Made by a program: the position numbers and the translations under genes. A DNA stretch of 64,000 bases, from contig NC_068991.1 in the NCBI RefSeq assembly GCF_001194135.2, forward strand, positions 39,031,880-39,095,879. The letters are read 5' to 3'. The notes beneath the pieces are model-generated. The model saw nothing but the letters and a program-made list of their open reading frames with translations. It had not been told where the DNA came from and did no database searches. The DNA comes from Octopus bimaculoides. Taxonomy: Eukaryota. How positions within the stretch are numbered: position 1 is the stretch's first letter; each line of letters opens with the position of its first letter. Positions 26,813-41,300 of this stretch are shown in pieces.

Positions 26813-29019
26813 GACTTCTGTAGAGCAGAAAGAAAGATCATCCTAGTCTTTTCTTTGAAAGACAGTTATACATCAACTGTAGGGTACATAAGAATTGGAA
26901 TGAATTTGGTAAAGCATTCCCGATAATACTATTTCAGAGAATCTTTTAGTTCACCTTGAACAAACCTAAAGTAAATAGTCATTCCTTGTTTGGTTATTAA
27001 GTGTACATGTATGCTATATTCTTAAATTTTGTTTCTAATAAAGCAGACAGCCCCTAGGAAACAAAGTTACTTTATTCAGATTTACATAATTGAATCTTTT
27101 ATTTTACTATGCCTGTGTGTCTTTGAGTGTAACATTTGTGAGTAGAATGTGCATTTAACTCTTTTATATTTAAACTGGCTATAATATTGTTTCATGATCA
27201 AACTGGCCGGATGTGGCCTTTCACACCAATCCCACAATATCATTCTAAAACTTAACAGTTACTTCACCAAAATAATGCACGATTAATTCAAAACAATGTG
27301 AATAAATAAGCATTACTTTTGACAATAATGTGAATGCTAAAGAGCTAAACTTTTCATTGGTCTTCAATTAGGAATAATTTTATTAAAAAAAAAAAATTCA
27401 CATTCGCAATCCATTTCCACAACTGTCTAACCCCTAGCACAAAATATGGAGAATATTGAACACACACTACAAGGTGAATTGGCAGAGTCATTATAGCATT
27501 GGACAGAATGCTTCATAGGATTTGTTCCAACATTGTGAATCAGAGTTCAAATCCTGCTATGGTTAATTTTACCTTTTAATTCTTTCAGCAGTCAAGAAAA
27601 AACAAAAGTATCAATCCAGAGCAGTGAAATGGAACAACTGTGGTATTTATTCTGGCTTTTGTATTCAAATCCCACCTTGGTCTAGTTGGGTGGTAGATAT
27701 AATCCATTGCCTGGTTTAACATCACCAGGGTGCTTCTAGCACCATTCGGACCAGGTCTGGTTTGAGACCGCTCCTCTCACTCAATTCCCATCCACAAATC
27801 TCAGAGACCGTGAAAAGGATTGTGGGTAATGCTCAAACCTTCTGATTAAATGATTAAAATCAAAAATTCTAAGATTGTGAACTTGTGTATGCACACACAC
27901 TTTCAAATTGACCTTTTTTATTGCAGAGACCATGATGCCCAAAGAGTTGATATATGATATATAGGCACAGATGTGGCTGTGTGGTCAGAAGCTTGCTTCC
28001 CAGCTTTATGTTTCTGGGTTCAGTCTCACTGTGTGGCACCTTGGGTAAGTATCTCCTACTATAGCCTCAGGCCAACCAAAGCCTTGTGAGCGGATTCAGT
28101 AGATGGAAACTAAGGGGTGGGGGTGGTGCATATGTGTTTGTCCCAACACCGCTTGACAACCGGTGTATTTATGTCCCTGTAACTTAGCAGTTCAGGAAAA
28201 GAGACTAATAGAAATAAGTACCAGGCTTAACAAAAAGTACTGAAGTTGATTCATTGGACTGAAAAATTCAAGGCGGTGCTCCAGTATGGCCAGTGTCTAA
28301 TGACTGAAACAAGTAAAAGATAAAGCATACGTATATTTTTTTACATTATGATTGATATGCACATTTTAAAGCAATCAGTCATCATCTATTCAAGAAAACT
28401 TCTATTACACCAAAAAAAAAAAACAATCCTCTCACAATATATCTGGCCTTGATCAATAAATGCAACCCAATAGCTGACTGACAGTAATAACTATGGAGGC
28501 ACAGGTTAAAGCTTAACTGTATTCAAAGATTCAGATAACACAGATGATGTTGATGTGCAGAAAAGTATTTTAAATAAGACAATTCAAGACCTACATTTAA
28601 AAGCCATAAACAACAGAAAATTGGTTTCAAATAAATCTGTATTTTAAACTTTCAAACTGATGTAGAAATCACTACCGAGTTTCGTTTTTCTCCCTTTTTA
28701 TATCAACATAAGATTCAGTTTCAATTCGTAAAAAATTTCCTGAACCTATATTGTTTTACAAAGTATTCCATTCTAACTAAACACAAAAAAGTACAAATAT
28801 CTAAAGAAAAAAAAACAACATCCCCACCCCCCACATTCACACAGTCTCGTTCATGCTGTAATTTTTCTCCCAGTATATATCTTTACTGAGAAATTCCAAC
28901 CACTGTATTTATAAGCTAGTTTAAATTATTGGTCTTCGAAAGGGAAATCTAGTATTTATGAATATAGTGGCTTGGCAGGCAGTAACCTATTTGTAATTTT
29001 GTGTGCGTGCGTGCGTGCG

Positions 29020-29025
29020 TGCGAG

Positions 29026-29120
<95 letters not shown>

Positions 29121-29600
29121 AACAGAATGAAAATAAAGACAGAATGAAAATAGAGAGAGAGAGAGAGACAATGAAAATAGAGAGAGAATGAAAATAGAGA
29201 GAGAACGAAAATAGAAAGAGAACGAAAATAGAAAGAGAACGAAAATAGAGAGAGAACGAAAATAGAGAGAGAACGAAAATAGAGAGAGAACGAAAATAGA
29301 GAGAGAATGAAAATAGAGAGAGAGAGAGAATGAAAATAGAGAGAGAGAGAGAGAGACAGAATGAAAATAGAGAGAGAGAGAGACAGAATGAAAACAAATA
29401 GAGAGGCAGAATGAAAATAGAGAGAGAGAGACAGAATGAAAATAGAGAGAGAGAGAGAGAGAGACAGAATGAAAAAAGAGAGAGAGAGAGAGAGAGACAG
29501 AATGAAAATAGAGAGAGAGAGAGAGAGAGACAGAATGAAAATAGAGAGAGAGAGAGAGACAGAATGAAAATAGAGAGAGAGAGAGAACAAAAATAAAGGG
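29020..29600. repeat. Compound (GA)n / aatgaaaata(ga)n minisatellite
   Basis: Directly visible. It generates the spurious SL/ER-rich ORFs in the track. Confidence 0.95.
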
Positions 29601-32600
29601 AAGGAGAAGAAAAATAGAGAGGGAGAAGAATAAAATGCAGGTATTAATAATGCTGCTCGGAGTCGACCACTGTCAGTGGAAGAAACACGACAAGTTCTCA
29701 AGACAGCTGTCAAGGACTGAGACTTGCATTATTAGCAGGAGGCCAGACCAGGCGGTGTGTGAATAACCAGCATAAAGACATAACGATATCAGGGTGGAAA
29801 TAGAATGGAAGAAGGGAGATGGAAAGAAAGAGAGTACGTAATATAATAATCAGATGGAAAAGAGTAATAATATACAGCAACTACCTTCAGAAAGAGAGTG
29901 AGAGGTGGGGGTTAGAAGAAGAGCGAGATGAATGTGTACGATGACTATTATTATTATTCCTTATTTTGTTTAAAGGCACAGGACTTCGGTATTCAGGGAA
30001 GAAAGCGAAATGGGATCGTGTGACAAATCATGATTTTAATAACAGGTACGTTGACTCAGCACCGAAAGGACATCAGTGTCAAAAATACATTTACAGACAG
30101 ACGCGTGCGCACGCACACATGCTTTGAATAATGACCACGATGGGAGTGGGAGAAATAAAAGGTTACTAATGTAGTTTAACTGCGAGAATTGAAAACCGAA
30201 AACGAAAGCGTATCCTCTTCATTTCAAATAGTTACAAACATTAAAAATAATTTACTATTCAAACAAATTTAGATAGATTGGCTGTTTACTGGGTCAAAAG
30301 ATATAAGTTGACATATATACACACACAAAAAAAAAAAAAAAAATTACTTTCTTTCAATTTCCGCAGTTCAAATTATAACATAACCCAAATAAATCTAAAA
30401 TAAACACCATCTTAAAGTAGAATGAATTTGTTTTCTCTTTCTTTTTTTTCTTTTTCTTTTTTAAGTTACAATCAGATATGAAGAGAAATGAAGTTGACGG
30501 CATTCGTTACTTTACCGAAACGGAAATACTGGAAGTCAACGAAATTGGGAGTCTGTTTCAACACTAGAGTTCACAACAACAATAATGCTACGATTACAAA
30601 GATTCAAAAGACAGAAAAGAAAAAAAGAAATGTCTCCGTACAAGATAACCGATGCTACTAACCGTTTTTAAATAACCAACAACTGGTCAGACATTTTGGC
30701 AGCAAATCTTCAGTGTGACACAGAACCAGCAACCATGGTAATAGGAAGTGTCGAGTTGTTAGAGCATATAAGGCGAGAAGGAGAGAGTACTGCTTGATAC
30801 TCCTGGTCTCTGTGTGTGTTTAGTATAATGTGGAACAATAAATATTCCTATGCACTGAGCTACCTTCATTAACATCGGTTGATGTTTTCCCCTTAAAACG
30901 CTTAATTAAACACCACCTAATGTTTGTAAGATTAATTTGAATAAAACGTTTCCCGTCTATCTTTTAAAATGTATTTTAGAGGTTTTATATATAAATATAT
31001 ATAGAGATATATGAGAGAGAGAGAAAGGAAGAGAGGACAAGTGCTTTTTAAACATGTCGAGAGAAACAAAATCATTCATAACATTTCTACTCACAAAAGA
31101 CAAAAATAACAACACTGACCTCACTAAACATTCTAAATTCATTACGGAAAGATGTGGGCGAAATATGACAGTTTTCCATTCACATAAGCACTCAAGCCGG
31201 TTTTTACACACACACATTACAATATGTGTATGTATAATTATAAATACAACTATTGAATATTACACATACATAACGTAATATACATTGTATGTAACAGATA
31301 ATATATAAAATAAAAATGTCACTCCATATGATTTACATGAGTAATATTATATGTGTGTGTACGAGATAATATATATAACATATATAAGATGTTACATAAT
31401 ATATACCATACACACATCAAATCATACAGAATATCTTACGTTCATATAATGAACTGTAAGTTAACATCCAACTAATGCCAGCATGAATGATGGACATTAA
31501 AAAGAGTGATGAGAAAAGGTATCTATATATCTATTCGATTGGAGCCTGGTGCAGCCTCCTGGCTTGCCAGTTCTCAGTCAAAACGTCCAACCCATGCCAG
31601 CATGGAAAGCAGACACTAAACGATGATACACACACACAAATTGTGGTTTCCCAACCATGGGGTTTTGGGTTCAGTTCTACAGTGTAGCAACTTGGGCAAG
31701 TGCGCTTTACTATAGCTCTAAGCTGACCAGTCTTACTTGAGAGTTTAGTATACAGGAACTGCACGTGTACATGTGTGTAGATATGAATATGTATGTGTGT
31801 GTGCACGCACGCCTGGGTGCATGTATGTGAAGACCCTTGTCTTGACATTATATAGTTGTAAACGACTGTCACCACCTTTTAAGCAGTATCATTTATTTCC
31901 AATATTCTTGGAAAAATATGTTGCTAGGAAACCAATGAGGATTGGTGACAGGAAGGGCATCTGACTGAACAAATTCTGGTCAACCCAAGCAAATGTAGAA
32001 AAATGGATGCTAAAATGATCATGACCACCACATACACACAAAACATATCATACATAATAGAATATACCACATTTATTACAAATCCATTCACACATATGTA
32101 CACGTCAAAAGTTTTTTTTTTTTTTTTTTAGAGTGTCAGGCTCACAATCCTGAGGTAGTGAGTTTGATTCCTGAACCAGGCTGTGTATTGCGTTCTTGAG
32201 CAAGGCACTTTATTTCACATTGCTCCAGTTCACTCATCTGTAGAAATGAGCTGCAATGTCACTGGTATCAAGCTGTATTGGCCTTAGCCTTTCCCTTGGA
32301 TAATATTGGTGGTATGGAGAGAGGAGGCTGGTATGCATGGGTGACTGTTGGTCTTCCATAAACAACCTTGTTAAGATTTGTGCTTGGAGAACATTCTAGG
32401 TACAATCCCATGGTCATTCATGATCGAAGGGGCCTTTACTAATCGGCCTATACGTATTTGTTAAAACTATTTATTATATATATACATATATATTCACATA
32501 CATTGAACACAATATAACAAGCATATATACAATACAATAAATAAAGCTAAATATTGGACATAGAAACATGGCAAATATTACTAAGTCTCTGTAGACTGGA

Positions 32601-33179
32601 AAAAAAAGAAAAACAAAAAAAGTCATATTTGATTTTCGAAACCTATCAATGGAGATCTCAATCCACACGATGTCAAGATCTTGTGTATATGTAAAGCTTT
32701 GTAGCAGATGTACAAACATGACTTTTAGCAATTTTTCTGTGGCTTGAAAGAAAATCATAAACAGCCTTAGTTAACTTTCAAGACTTAATGGGCTCTCATC
32801 AGTTGTCTACATGATTTGACTGATCCGAGAGAAATTAGCAGCCAAACTATTTATATACTCAACAAATGCAGTACCATACCATAATGCTTTTAACACTTTA
32901 GCAAACACGCATATATATTAGATAAAGAAAACACAATACAATTAATGCACACACAACTATACGGACATTTTACATATACAAAAGTAATGTACATATATTT
33001 ATATGTATAATGTACGTGTATATATATATATNNNNNNNNNNNNNNNNNNNNNNNNNNNNNNNNNNNNNNNNNNNNNNNNNNNNNNNNNNNNNNNNNNNNN
33101 NNNNNNNNNNNNNNNNNNNNNNNNNNNNNNNATATATAAATGTACATTATATGTATATTATATATATATGTATATATAA

Positions 33180-33560
33180 TAGGCGTAGGAGTAGTTGTGT
33201 GGTAAGTAGCTTGCTTACGAACATGGTTCCAGGTTCAGTCCGACTGCGTGGCATCTTGGGCAAGTGTCTTCTACTACAGCCTCGTGCCGACCAAAGCCTT
33301 GTGAGTGGATTTGGTAGACGGAAACTGAAAGAAGCCCGTCATATGTATACATATATATTTATATGCATGTATATGTTTGTGCCCCCAACATCGCTTGACT
33401 ACCTATGATGGTGTATTTACGTCCTCATAACTTTGCAGTTCGGCAAAAGAGGCCGATAGAATAAGTACTAGGCTTACAAAGAATAAATCCTGGGGTTGAT
33501 TTGCTCGACTAAAGGCAGTGCTCAAGCATGGCCACAGTTAAGACTGAAACAAGTAAAGGA
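33180..33560 (+). mobile_element. tRNA-derived SINE family A (internal CA/TA tract)
   Basis: A-box-like tggctgtgtggtaag, B-box-like ggttcagtcc, body ending gactgaaacaagtaaaag. Other copies at about 10920-11290(-), 15480-15800, 16160-16400(-), 24810-25120(-), 27960-28325, 34240-34570(-), 45350-45715, 46900-47255(-), 47355-47575(-), 58135-58490. Confidence 0.85.
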
Positions 33561-34185
33561 TATATATATATATATATATATATANNNNNNNNNNNNNNNN
33601 NNNNNNNNNNNNNNNNNNNNNNNNNNNNNNNNNNNNNNNNNNNNNNNNNNNNNNNNNNNNNNNNNNNNNNNNNNNNNNNNNNNNNNNNNNNNNNNNNNNN
33701 NNNNNNNNNNNNNNNNNNNNNNNNNNNNNNNNNNNNNNNNNNNNNNNNNNNNNNNNNNNNNNNNNNNNNNNNNNNNNNNNNNNNNNNNNNNNNNNNNNNN
33801 NNNNNNNNNNNNNNNNNNNNNNNNNNNNNNNNNNNNNNNNNNNNNNNNNNNNNNNNNNNNNNNNNNNNNNNNNNNNNNNNNNNNNNNNNNNNNNNNNNNN
33901 NNNNNNNNNNNNNNNNNNNNNNNNNNNNNNNNNNNNNNNNNNNNNNNNNNNNNNNNNNNNNNNNNNNNNNNNNNNNNNNNNNNNNNNNNNNNNNNNNNNN
34001 NNNNNNNNNNNNNNNNNNNNNNNNNNNNNNNNNNNNNNNNNNNNNNNNNNNNNNNNNNNNNNNNNNNNNNNNNNNNNNNNNNNNNNNNNNNNNNNNNNNN
34101 NNNNNNNNNNNNNNNNNNNNNNNNNNNNNNNNNNNNNNNNNNNNNNNNNNNNNNNNNNNNNNNNNNNNNNNNNNNNNNNNNNNNN

Positions 34186-34231
<46 letters not shown>

Positions 34232-34566
34232 CACACATATACTTTTACTTGTTTCAGTTATTTGACTGCAGCTATGCTGGAGCACTACCTTTAGTCGAGT
34301 AAATCAACCCCAGGACTTATTCTTTGTAAGCCTAGTAATTATTCTATCAGTCTCTTTTGCCAAACTGCTAAGTTACACGGGCGTAAACACAGACACACAA
34401 ACATATATATAGATACATATATCAGACAGGCTTCTTTCAGTTTCCGTCTACCAAATCCACTCACAAGGCTTTGGCCAGCCCGAGGCTACAGTAGAAGACA
34501 CTTGCCCAGGGTGTCATGCAGTTGGTTGGTAAGCAAGGTACTTACCACACAGCCACTCCTGCACCT

Positions 34567-34613
<47 letters not shown>

Positions 34614-35151
34614 AAGTAATGTAAACGTTTTTGAGAGAGAGAAAGAGAGAGAGGGTTCATAATGTATAGGTTGTATATACATCATATATTGGATGCTCAC
34701 TATTAATAGTATGCATAATATATATACACAATATAAAACTTATGCACTATTACAGGCACAGGTGTGGTATGTGGTTAAGAAGTTTGTTTCACAACCACAT
34801 TGTTTTGGCACCTGTGTAAGTGCCTCCTATAGGCCAGAGTGTATTAATCTTTGTGAGTGGATTTGGTAGACGGAAGCGGATAGTGCATTGTGTGCATGCA
34901 CGTGCATTTCTCTTTTTCAGGATATTGTGCGATAGTTATAAATGAGTATCAGTCACACAAAAGGTGTCTATTTCCAAGCTTGTATGGAAACATGTCCGGC
35001 CATAGTGTACCTTACATGAAAACAGGTGAGGATTGGTGACAGAAAGGGCATCCAATCGTAGAATATCTACTTCAATGAATTCCATTCAACCCATGCAATC
35101 ATATAAAAGCAGATGTTGAAACAATACAATTTATATAAAATCTACACACAC

Positions 35152-35198
<47 letters not shown>

Positions 35199-36566
35199 CA
35201 TATACACACATGTGTGTGTGTGTGTGTGTAAGACATGCTTATAACATACATATGTAAGATACATATACAATATACTAAGTACATACATAGACATTGCACA
35301 AATATATTTAGATACAACACACACTCACACACAGTAAATATTCTTGTATACACACACACACACACACACACGTACATACGTATGCACATATATGCACACA
35401 CACACACATACCCAAACAAAAATACGCATACATATATACATGCATATATTTACACACACAATCAACAGATTGTGTGTGTGTGTTTGTATAATATATATTG
35501 TGAAAAATCTCCAATATCTGCTTTGGCATTGTTTCTACAGCTGAATGCCCTTCCTAACGTCATCCACTTTGCAGGGTACACTGGGTGCATTTTACATGGT
35601 ATCAGCATTAGTGAGTTGATCAAGTAACTTTTGAGTGGGGTGTAGTATTGAGGTGGCTTTATGCCAGGCGATGAGGTGTTAAAGTACGAAGGAGGAGGGG
35701 GACAGGAACAGGTGTCTTGCAGGGAAGATACAGGGGGTACCCCAATTGTAAAAGGAGGGTGGGGGTAAGGGTGTATCTGTGCATATGAACAAAGGGAAGT
35801 GGCATGGGTGGCTAAGCTAAGTTCATCTGAGTATTAGATAGATAGGAGATGCAGTGAGTGGTGAACATGGGTGGTGGCAAGGTCAATTGCGAATATCTGT
35901 TGGAGGGGAAAGTGGATGAAGTTTGTGGTGGCAGCAAGATGTTAAGTGTATATATGTAGTACATGATATACAGTAGAATATATCATGTACATTACATAAT
36001 ACATATAACATATGTAAAACATAATATGCATATACAGAAAACACAGTGTGGGTATATACCATGACATTATACATGTACACAATATGTAACATATACATAT
36101 GCAGTATATAATGTATATAACAAATACATACACACATACATACATAATATAACGTATAAAATGCATAAGAGTATATATACCAAAAGGTATACACCTTAGT
36201 TAAGGCATATGGTACATATCACACACAAGGTACATATACTATACATACGATATGTAAGGTATATTATATAAAATACGTTACGTATATTATACAACATATG
36301 TACAATATGTATGTGTGTATGTATATGATATAAATATGAATTTTAATATATACAATGTATATGTATACACAAAAGCGAATGTATACACTATATACACAAT
36401 ATATAATGTACATAATATGTATATATATCTAGTATATATATATATATATATATATAATATAAATTGATAGATATTACATATATTTAACATTCATAATATA
36501 CAGATATATACACATGAAATCTACTGCATAATACTTATCACAATGACAGTGTGCATATGTACTTAC

Positions 36567-36607
36567 CCTTGTAACACTTTGAGCAGAGCCCAAGGGTTTT
36601 GGGAGAC
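36567..36607 (-). CDS. ZFAND3: ZFAND3-like coding exon 2 (41 nt; G-SPKTLGLCSKCYK)
   Basis: tttttcag acceptor and gtaagt donor. Phase 2 to 1. Supplies the CxxC half of the A20 finger in frame with exon 1. Confidence 0.92.
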
Positions 36608-38121
36608 CTGAAAAATATTGTATAATGTCGTTTGTCTATGATCCTTATAAGTATTTTAAGAATAAAAATGTAAACAAAAACACTAAAAAAAAAAAATCAA
36701 ACCAATTATCGAGTAATATATTTATTTCACTATATTATCAATGTAATTTATTATAATATTTAAAAAAAAAACTAAGTCTACAATTAAAGAAATTAGAAAT
36801 ACTGGAAGTGCGTTCTTGTGGTCAAAGAAAGGAGAAAAATTATTTGAAAGCATGAACGAGAGGTTAATATCAGCAGACAATGATAGCAAAGAATAGCAAT
36901 ACTACTAGCAGTAGTAGTAGTGGGGGTAGCTGAAATAACTAATAAGGACTTGTCTCTCATAATACTAATTAGTGCAGCAACAGTATAGAGGAGAAACACT
37001 AATGACCATTTCTGTCACACGTAAAAGTCAATCAGTTCTTATAGGCGTTTCTATAATGCTTGTACATTACATTTCACAGGAACATTAGCGACGTCAGTCG
37101 AAAGAGGAAACGGTTCCCAGCCAAGAATCGAAACTAAGTCCCTATCTGTTGAATTAAGTGCATCTCCACACAAGCACAGAGATCACAAACCTATAGAAGT
37201 GATTGCGACTGTGACATCTATAGTATACTTATTACTATTATTCATTTTCTACTACTGCTGCTACTACCACAATAGAGAGGCGAGCTTCTGGGGAAGGGGA
37301 ATCTACGACCTGGTTTACTTTTGTTTCTTTACTAATGCTATTCATCCCTCACTCATAAATCTTGGGTTTTTTTACCTTTCAAAAAGGATCATCACCGTCT
37401 CCATCACCTAGCTGTATTCAAGATTTTCAAATATTCTGTAGTCAATACACACACATGTGTGTGTGTGTGTGTGTGTGTGTGCATTCCATAGAAGATTAGT
37501 TGTGAATGTAAGACAATGGCATCAAAGAAGGTCAGGTAAATGACTTTTCCCACAGAATCACCAAGTTCTATGAAAGACAATATCAACTGGCCTAGCTGTC
37601 AATGCTACTAAACGAAACGTTTGGTTGGGTACATCCAAGCAGTTAACTATCATATTTAAGGATGGTTAGAAGGATGGAGTCATTGTAGTGTTGAATCACA
37701 AGTTTAACTAGAGACTACAATGTCCAAAGACTGGAATAGGAGTCGAGATTAAAACTTCCATCCACCTACTGTGTGTTAGTAGGGAGGAAAAACAGGTTGG
37801 TTGGGGGGAGAGAAACAGTAGTATGAACTAGTATTTTTCAAAAAGTATATAAAAACTAGTGAGAGCCACTCCATTTATCTTAAAATTTACTGTTAGGATA
37901 GAGAAAGGCTAACATAATTGCATCAAAAACGAGATAAAATTTTGTAGAATCTTTAGAGAAAAAATGTTGGAATGATTTTCTGATTGTATCAGACATCTAA
38001 GGTATATCCAAGAATATTGGAATCCAACTACTCATTGCGAGATAGAATTTGATAAACATNNNNNNNNNNNNNNNNNNNNNNNNNNNNNNNNNNNNNNNNN
38101 NNNNNNNNNNNNNNNNNNNNN

Positions 38122-38157
<36 letters not shown>

Positions 38158-38574
38158 CACACATATATATATAATATACACACACACGGCATATATATTT
38201 GTGTACATCTGTGTGTGTGTATTACCCACAGATATCTGCGGTTTGGTATACTGACCAAAACCTGACGACCTGCTTGGTTTAACCCTAAATAAATTTCCTC
38301 CAAAAAAGGAGTCAGCCAGAATAGTCACCACATTAACTGCAGGCTTCCCAAATCCATAATAATCAAGGATCCTGAAGAACTTTTCATTATCATTTAAAAA
38401 TATGTAACACTATAGCTATTGCTGAATAATTTTGTTGTTATCCCATATTCATTTCATGCTCACAGTATCCAAAAAGTTCTGGTCGTTTGCATTTTCATAA
38501 CCATTGCACAATTTACAATTGCTTATTTTGCTGTTTTCTAAGACCAGACATTTGCCATGCATGGTTATAATATA

Positions 38575-38790
38575 ATGGTTTCAAATTTTGGCACAAGGCC
38601 AGCAAGTTCGGGGGAAGGGGTACGTCGATTATATCGACTCCAGTGTTCAACTGGTACGTATTTTTATCAACCCCGAAAGGATGAAAGGCAAAGTCTACCT
38701 CGACGGAATTTGAACTCAGAACGTAAAGACAAACGAAATACCACTAAGCATTTTGCCTAGAATGCTAACGATTCTGCTAGCACGCCACTT
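38575..38790 (-). mobile_element. tRNA-derived SINE family B
   Basis: Reverse strand has a gagttcaaattccg B-box and the gtcgac-tttgcctttcatcctttcggggt body. Other copies at about 24435-24655, 43230-43410, 56114-56313, 56775-56968, 60045-60180(+). Confidence 0.8.
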
Positions 38791-39574
38791 AATAATAATG
38801 TCTTGTTTTCGTGAGTTTAATTTCTATTCCTTAACAGATTTGGATTTCCCCCCCTTCGATTGTTTATTTCTTTCTCTCGCACGCACACATACACACACGC
38901 ATGTGTATGAAATTGTTTTCCTTATACAAAGAATTTTGAATTATTATTGTTATATGGACTGTTAGATATGTAATTCGTCTGACGTTCCGTGTGTCATCCG
39001 AGGGAAACACAACAATTATATCCCTCATTACACTAATTAGCATACAACTATTAAAATTATTTTTCAAGATACACGGGTCATTGTCTTTCATGTGTCTATC
39101 AGGGAATCAGAAAACTGAATAACTGCAAGATAATCCAAGTATATGACACTCAGCTGACCATAACTATTAACAATGAAAAGGAATAAAATGCTTTAAAAAC
39201 TAGACAATAATGTCTACCAAATCAATGTATTCTCCAATACATCGCACATTTTCTCTCTTCCTTTGTCACTACCAATACCCTAACCCTCTTCGACACGGGA
39301 GAATTTACTTTTTTCTATTTCTAAACACTTGTATCACTACACGACTTCAACATGAAAATAACGGCTCAATATTTTCACCTCGAAGTTCTTTTTTTGTAAC
39401 CCTTTCATTAGATCATTAAATAGCAACTACCAGAGTTTGGTTTCAAAAACCCTTAAAAAAAGCACAAAAGTCAATGTCGTACACATATCCACCATAAATT
39501 TGGGGTATCTACAAGACAGAGACAGCAAAAATTCTTATATACAAATTGCATATGTAAGCAATACACTCCTATTT

Positions 39575-39628
<54 letters not shown>

Positions 39629-40859
39629 CCTTCCATACATATATAACTGACTCATATATATTTTACTATTGTGGTTATAAAGACACGATTATTAATGTGT
39701 ATACACATATATATTTATCATAAATATGTATATGGCCTCCACTGTTTAAATCTAGCGTTTTTATTTTTAGTTGTATATTTTCTATTTATCCTACATTTTC
39801 AATGCCCATCTCCAACAGGTGACGACAAATCATTTTAGGTGTGGTTCACTCAGATGTACGGACGAACTCACACAAATAAATTTCTTTAGAAATTACATTT
39901 GTGAGGATTCAGTGTCACAGAGCTAAGTATGTTTTTGTGTAACTTCGTTCTCTTTGGCAACCAAAATTAAACCACACAATCGTCTTTGACATCTTTCAAT
40001 GTGATATACCACCCAGTTTCTATTCTATAAAGAAGTTCCCAAACAACAAAATGGTTAGATATTGGAATAATTAGTTCAGTTCCAATATAAACCAACCATA
40101 GATCTTCCTCTTAAATCAGGGCAAATGCACAGAAGACATTCACTCATCGGCTCAATGGTCTGAAAGACACCCCCCCCATATGTAAATATCCTCCCACCAC
40201 AGATCTATATAGCCATGTCTATTATATAAACGATTTCGTCTTTAGAAGAAAGACATTTTAATTCATTATGAGTAAAATATTATTAGCATCCATAAAGGAA
40301 GAGTGACATAAGAGGCCATCAGGAGCAGCTAGCATGGCAAATATAAGGCGAGTAAGGTGAATACCTTGCTTTGTTTTGCTTTTCTTATTTAAAATACAAG
40401 AAAAGAAAAATAGGACATGTCTCAGTCACATACACACACAATAGAAACTTTATTGCGGAAATTAAAATGTCTTGTTATTGATAGAGGAGTGAGAAGGAGG
40501 AAGAGACAACCCGACACTAAAGAGCGAATCCAAGAAAGATAAAAACAGCAAAATTAAACATGTGAGAGATGGTGGGGGGGAGACAGAGGTCCACCCTTTT
40601 TCGCTTATGTATGTGTGTGTATATATATATATATATATATCACTGTCACACATATACGTATATATAAAATATCCCCTACTGATCGTTCGTATCAGCTCCT
40701 CCCTTCTTGATCGCTCTAATTAGGTTAACTTACAGAAACTAGAAGAATAATAACGTGAAACATGGAACGAAAGAAAAATATAACTAAATATAAAAAAAGA
40801 AACAGAAAATAAATGAAATAAACACAAAACCATGACAGAACAAAGCAATGGTGTCTTAC

Positions 40860-40912
40860 CCCCAAAATCCACAAGGGCATCTAGGCGGTTCACTGCTGCT
40901 CGATTCTTCCAT
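40860..40912 (-). CDS. ZFAND3: ZFAND3-like A20/AN1 zinc-finger gene, coding exon 1 (MEESSSSEPPRCPCGFW-G)
   Basis: ATG at 40912 reads MEESSSSEPPRCPCGFW+GG, then donor GTAAG (plus-strand cttac 40855-40859). PPRCPCGFWG matches the recalled start of the ZFAND3 A20 finger. Phase 2 end fits the next exon. Confidence 0.92.
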
Positions 40913-41300
40913 CAAAAATTATTATTATTAATTTTGTTTCTAGAAAAAAAAAAATTCCGCAGCTAAATTGGGGTGGACGGAAATATATATATATATATAT
41001 TGTGTGTATGTATGGCTTGCGTTGGTCGGATGGAGTTAACCCAGTGTAACGGTGGTGGTGCGCTACTGTAGTGCTGCCGTGCAACAGCTTCCGCCTCTCT
41101 CACATTACTTTCTAACTCCTTTCTCTTTCATAGTCCATGTCTTCTATTTCTATATCACTTTATGTCGTTCCCTGTTTCTGTTTTTATCTGTCTCCCTCAC
41201 TTCATCCGCCTCACATCCGCACTGAAAACGAGGCTTTGGTGTGACTTCCGGGTCAATGCTACCTAAACGGAAACAGAAAGTTGACGTAAAAAGGAAAAAA
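40913..41300 (-). promoter_or_regulatory. Probable 5' UTR and promoter of the ZFAND3-like gene
   Basis: CpG-retaining stretch directly upstream of the ATG, with an ETS-type CCGGAAGT motif (plus strand acttccgg 41244-41251). The TSS cannot be determined from sequence. Confidence 0.5.

Noticed and set aside
28949-29713. 254-aa hydrophobic ORF
   Set aside because: Translation of the GA minisatellite.
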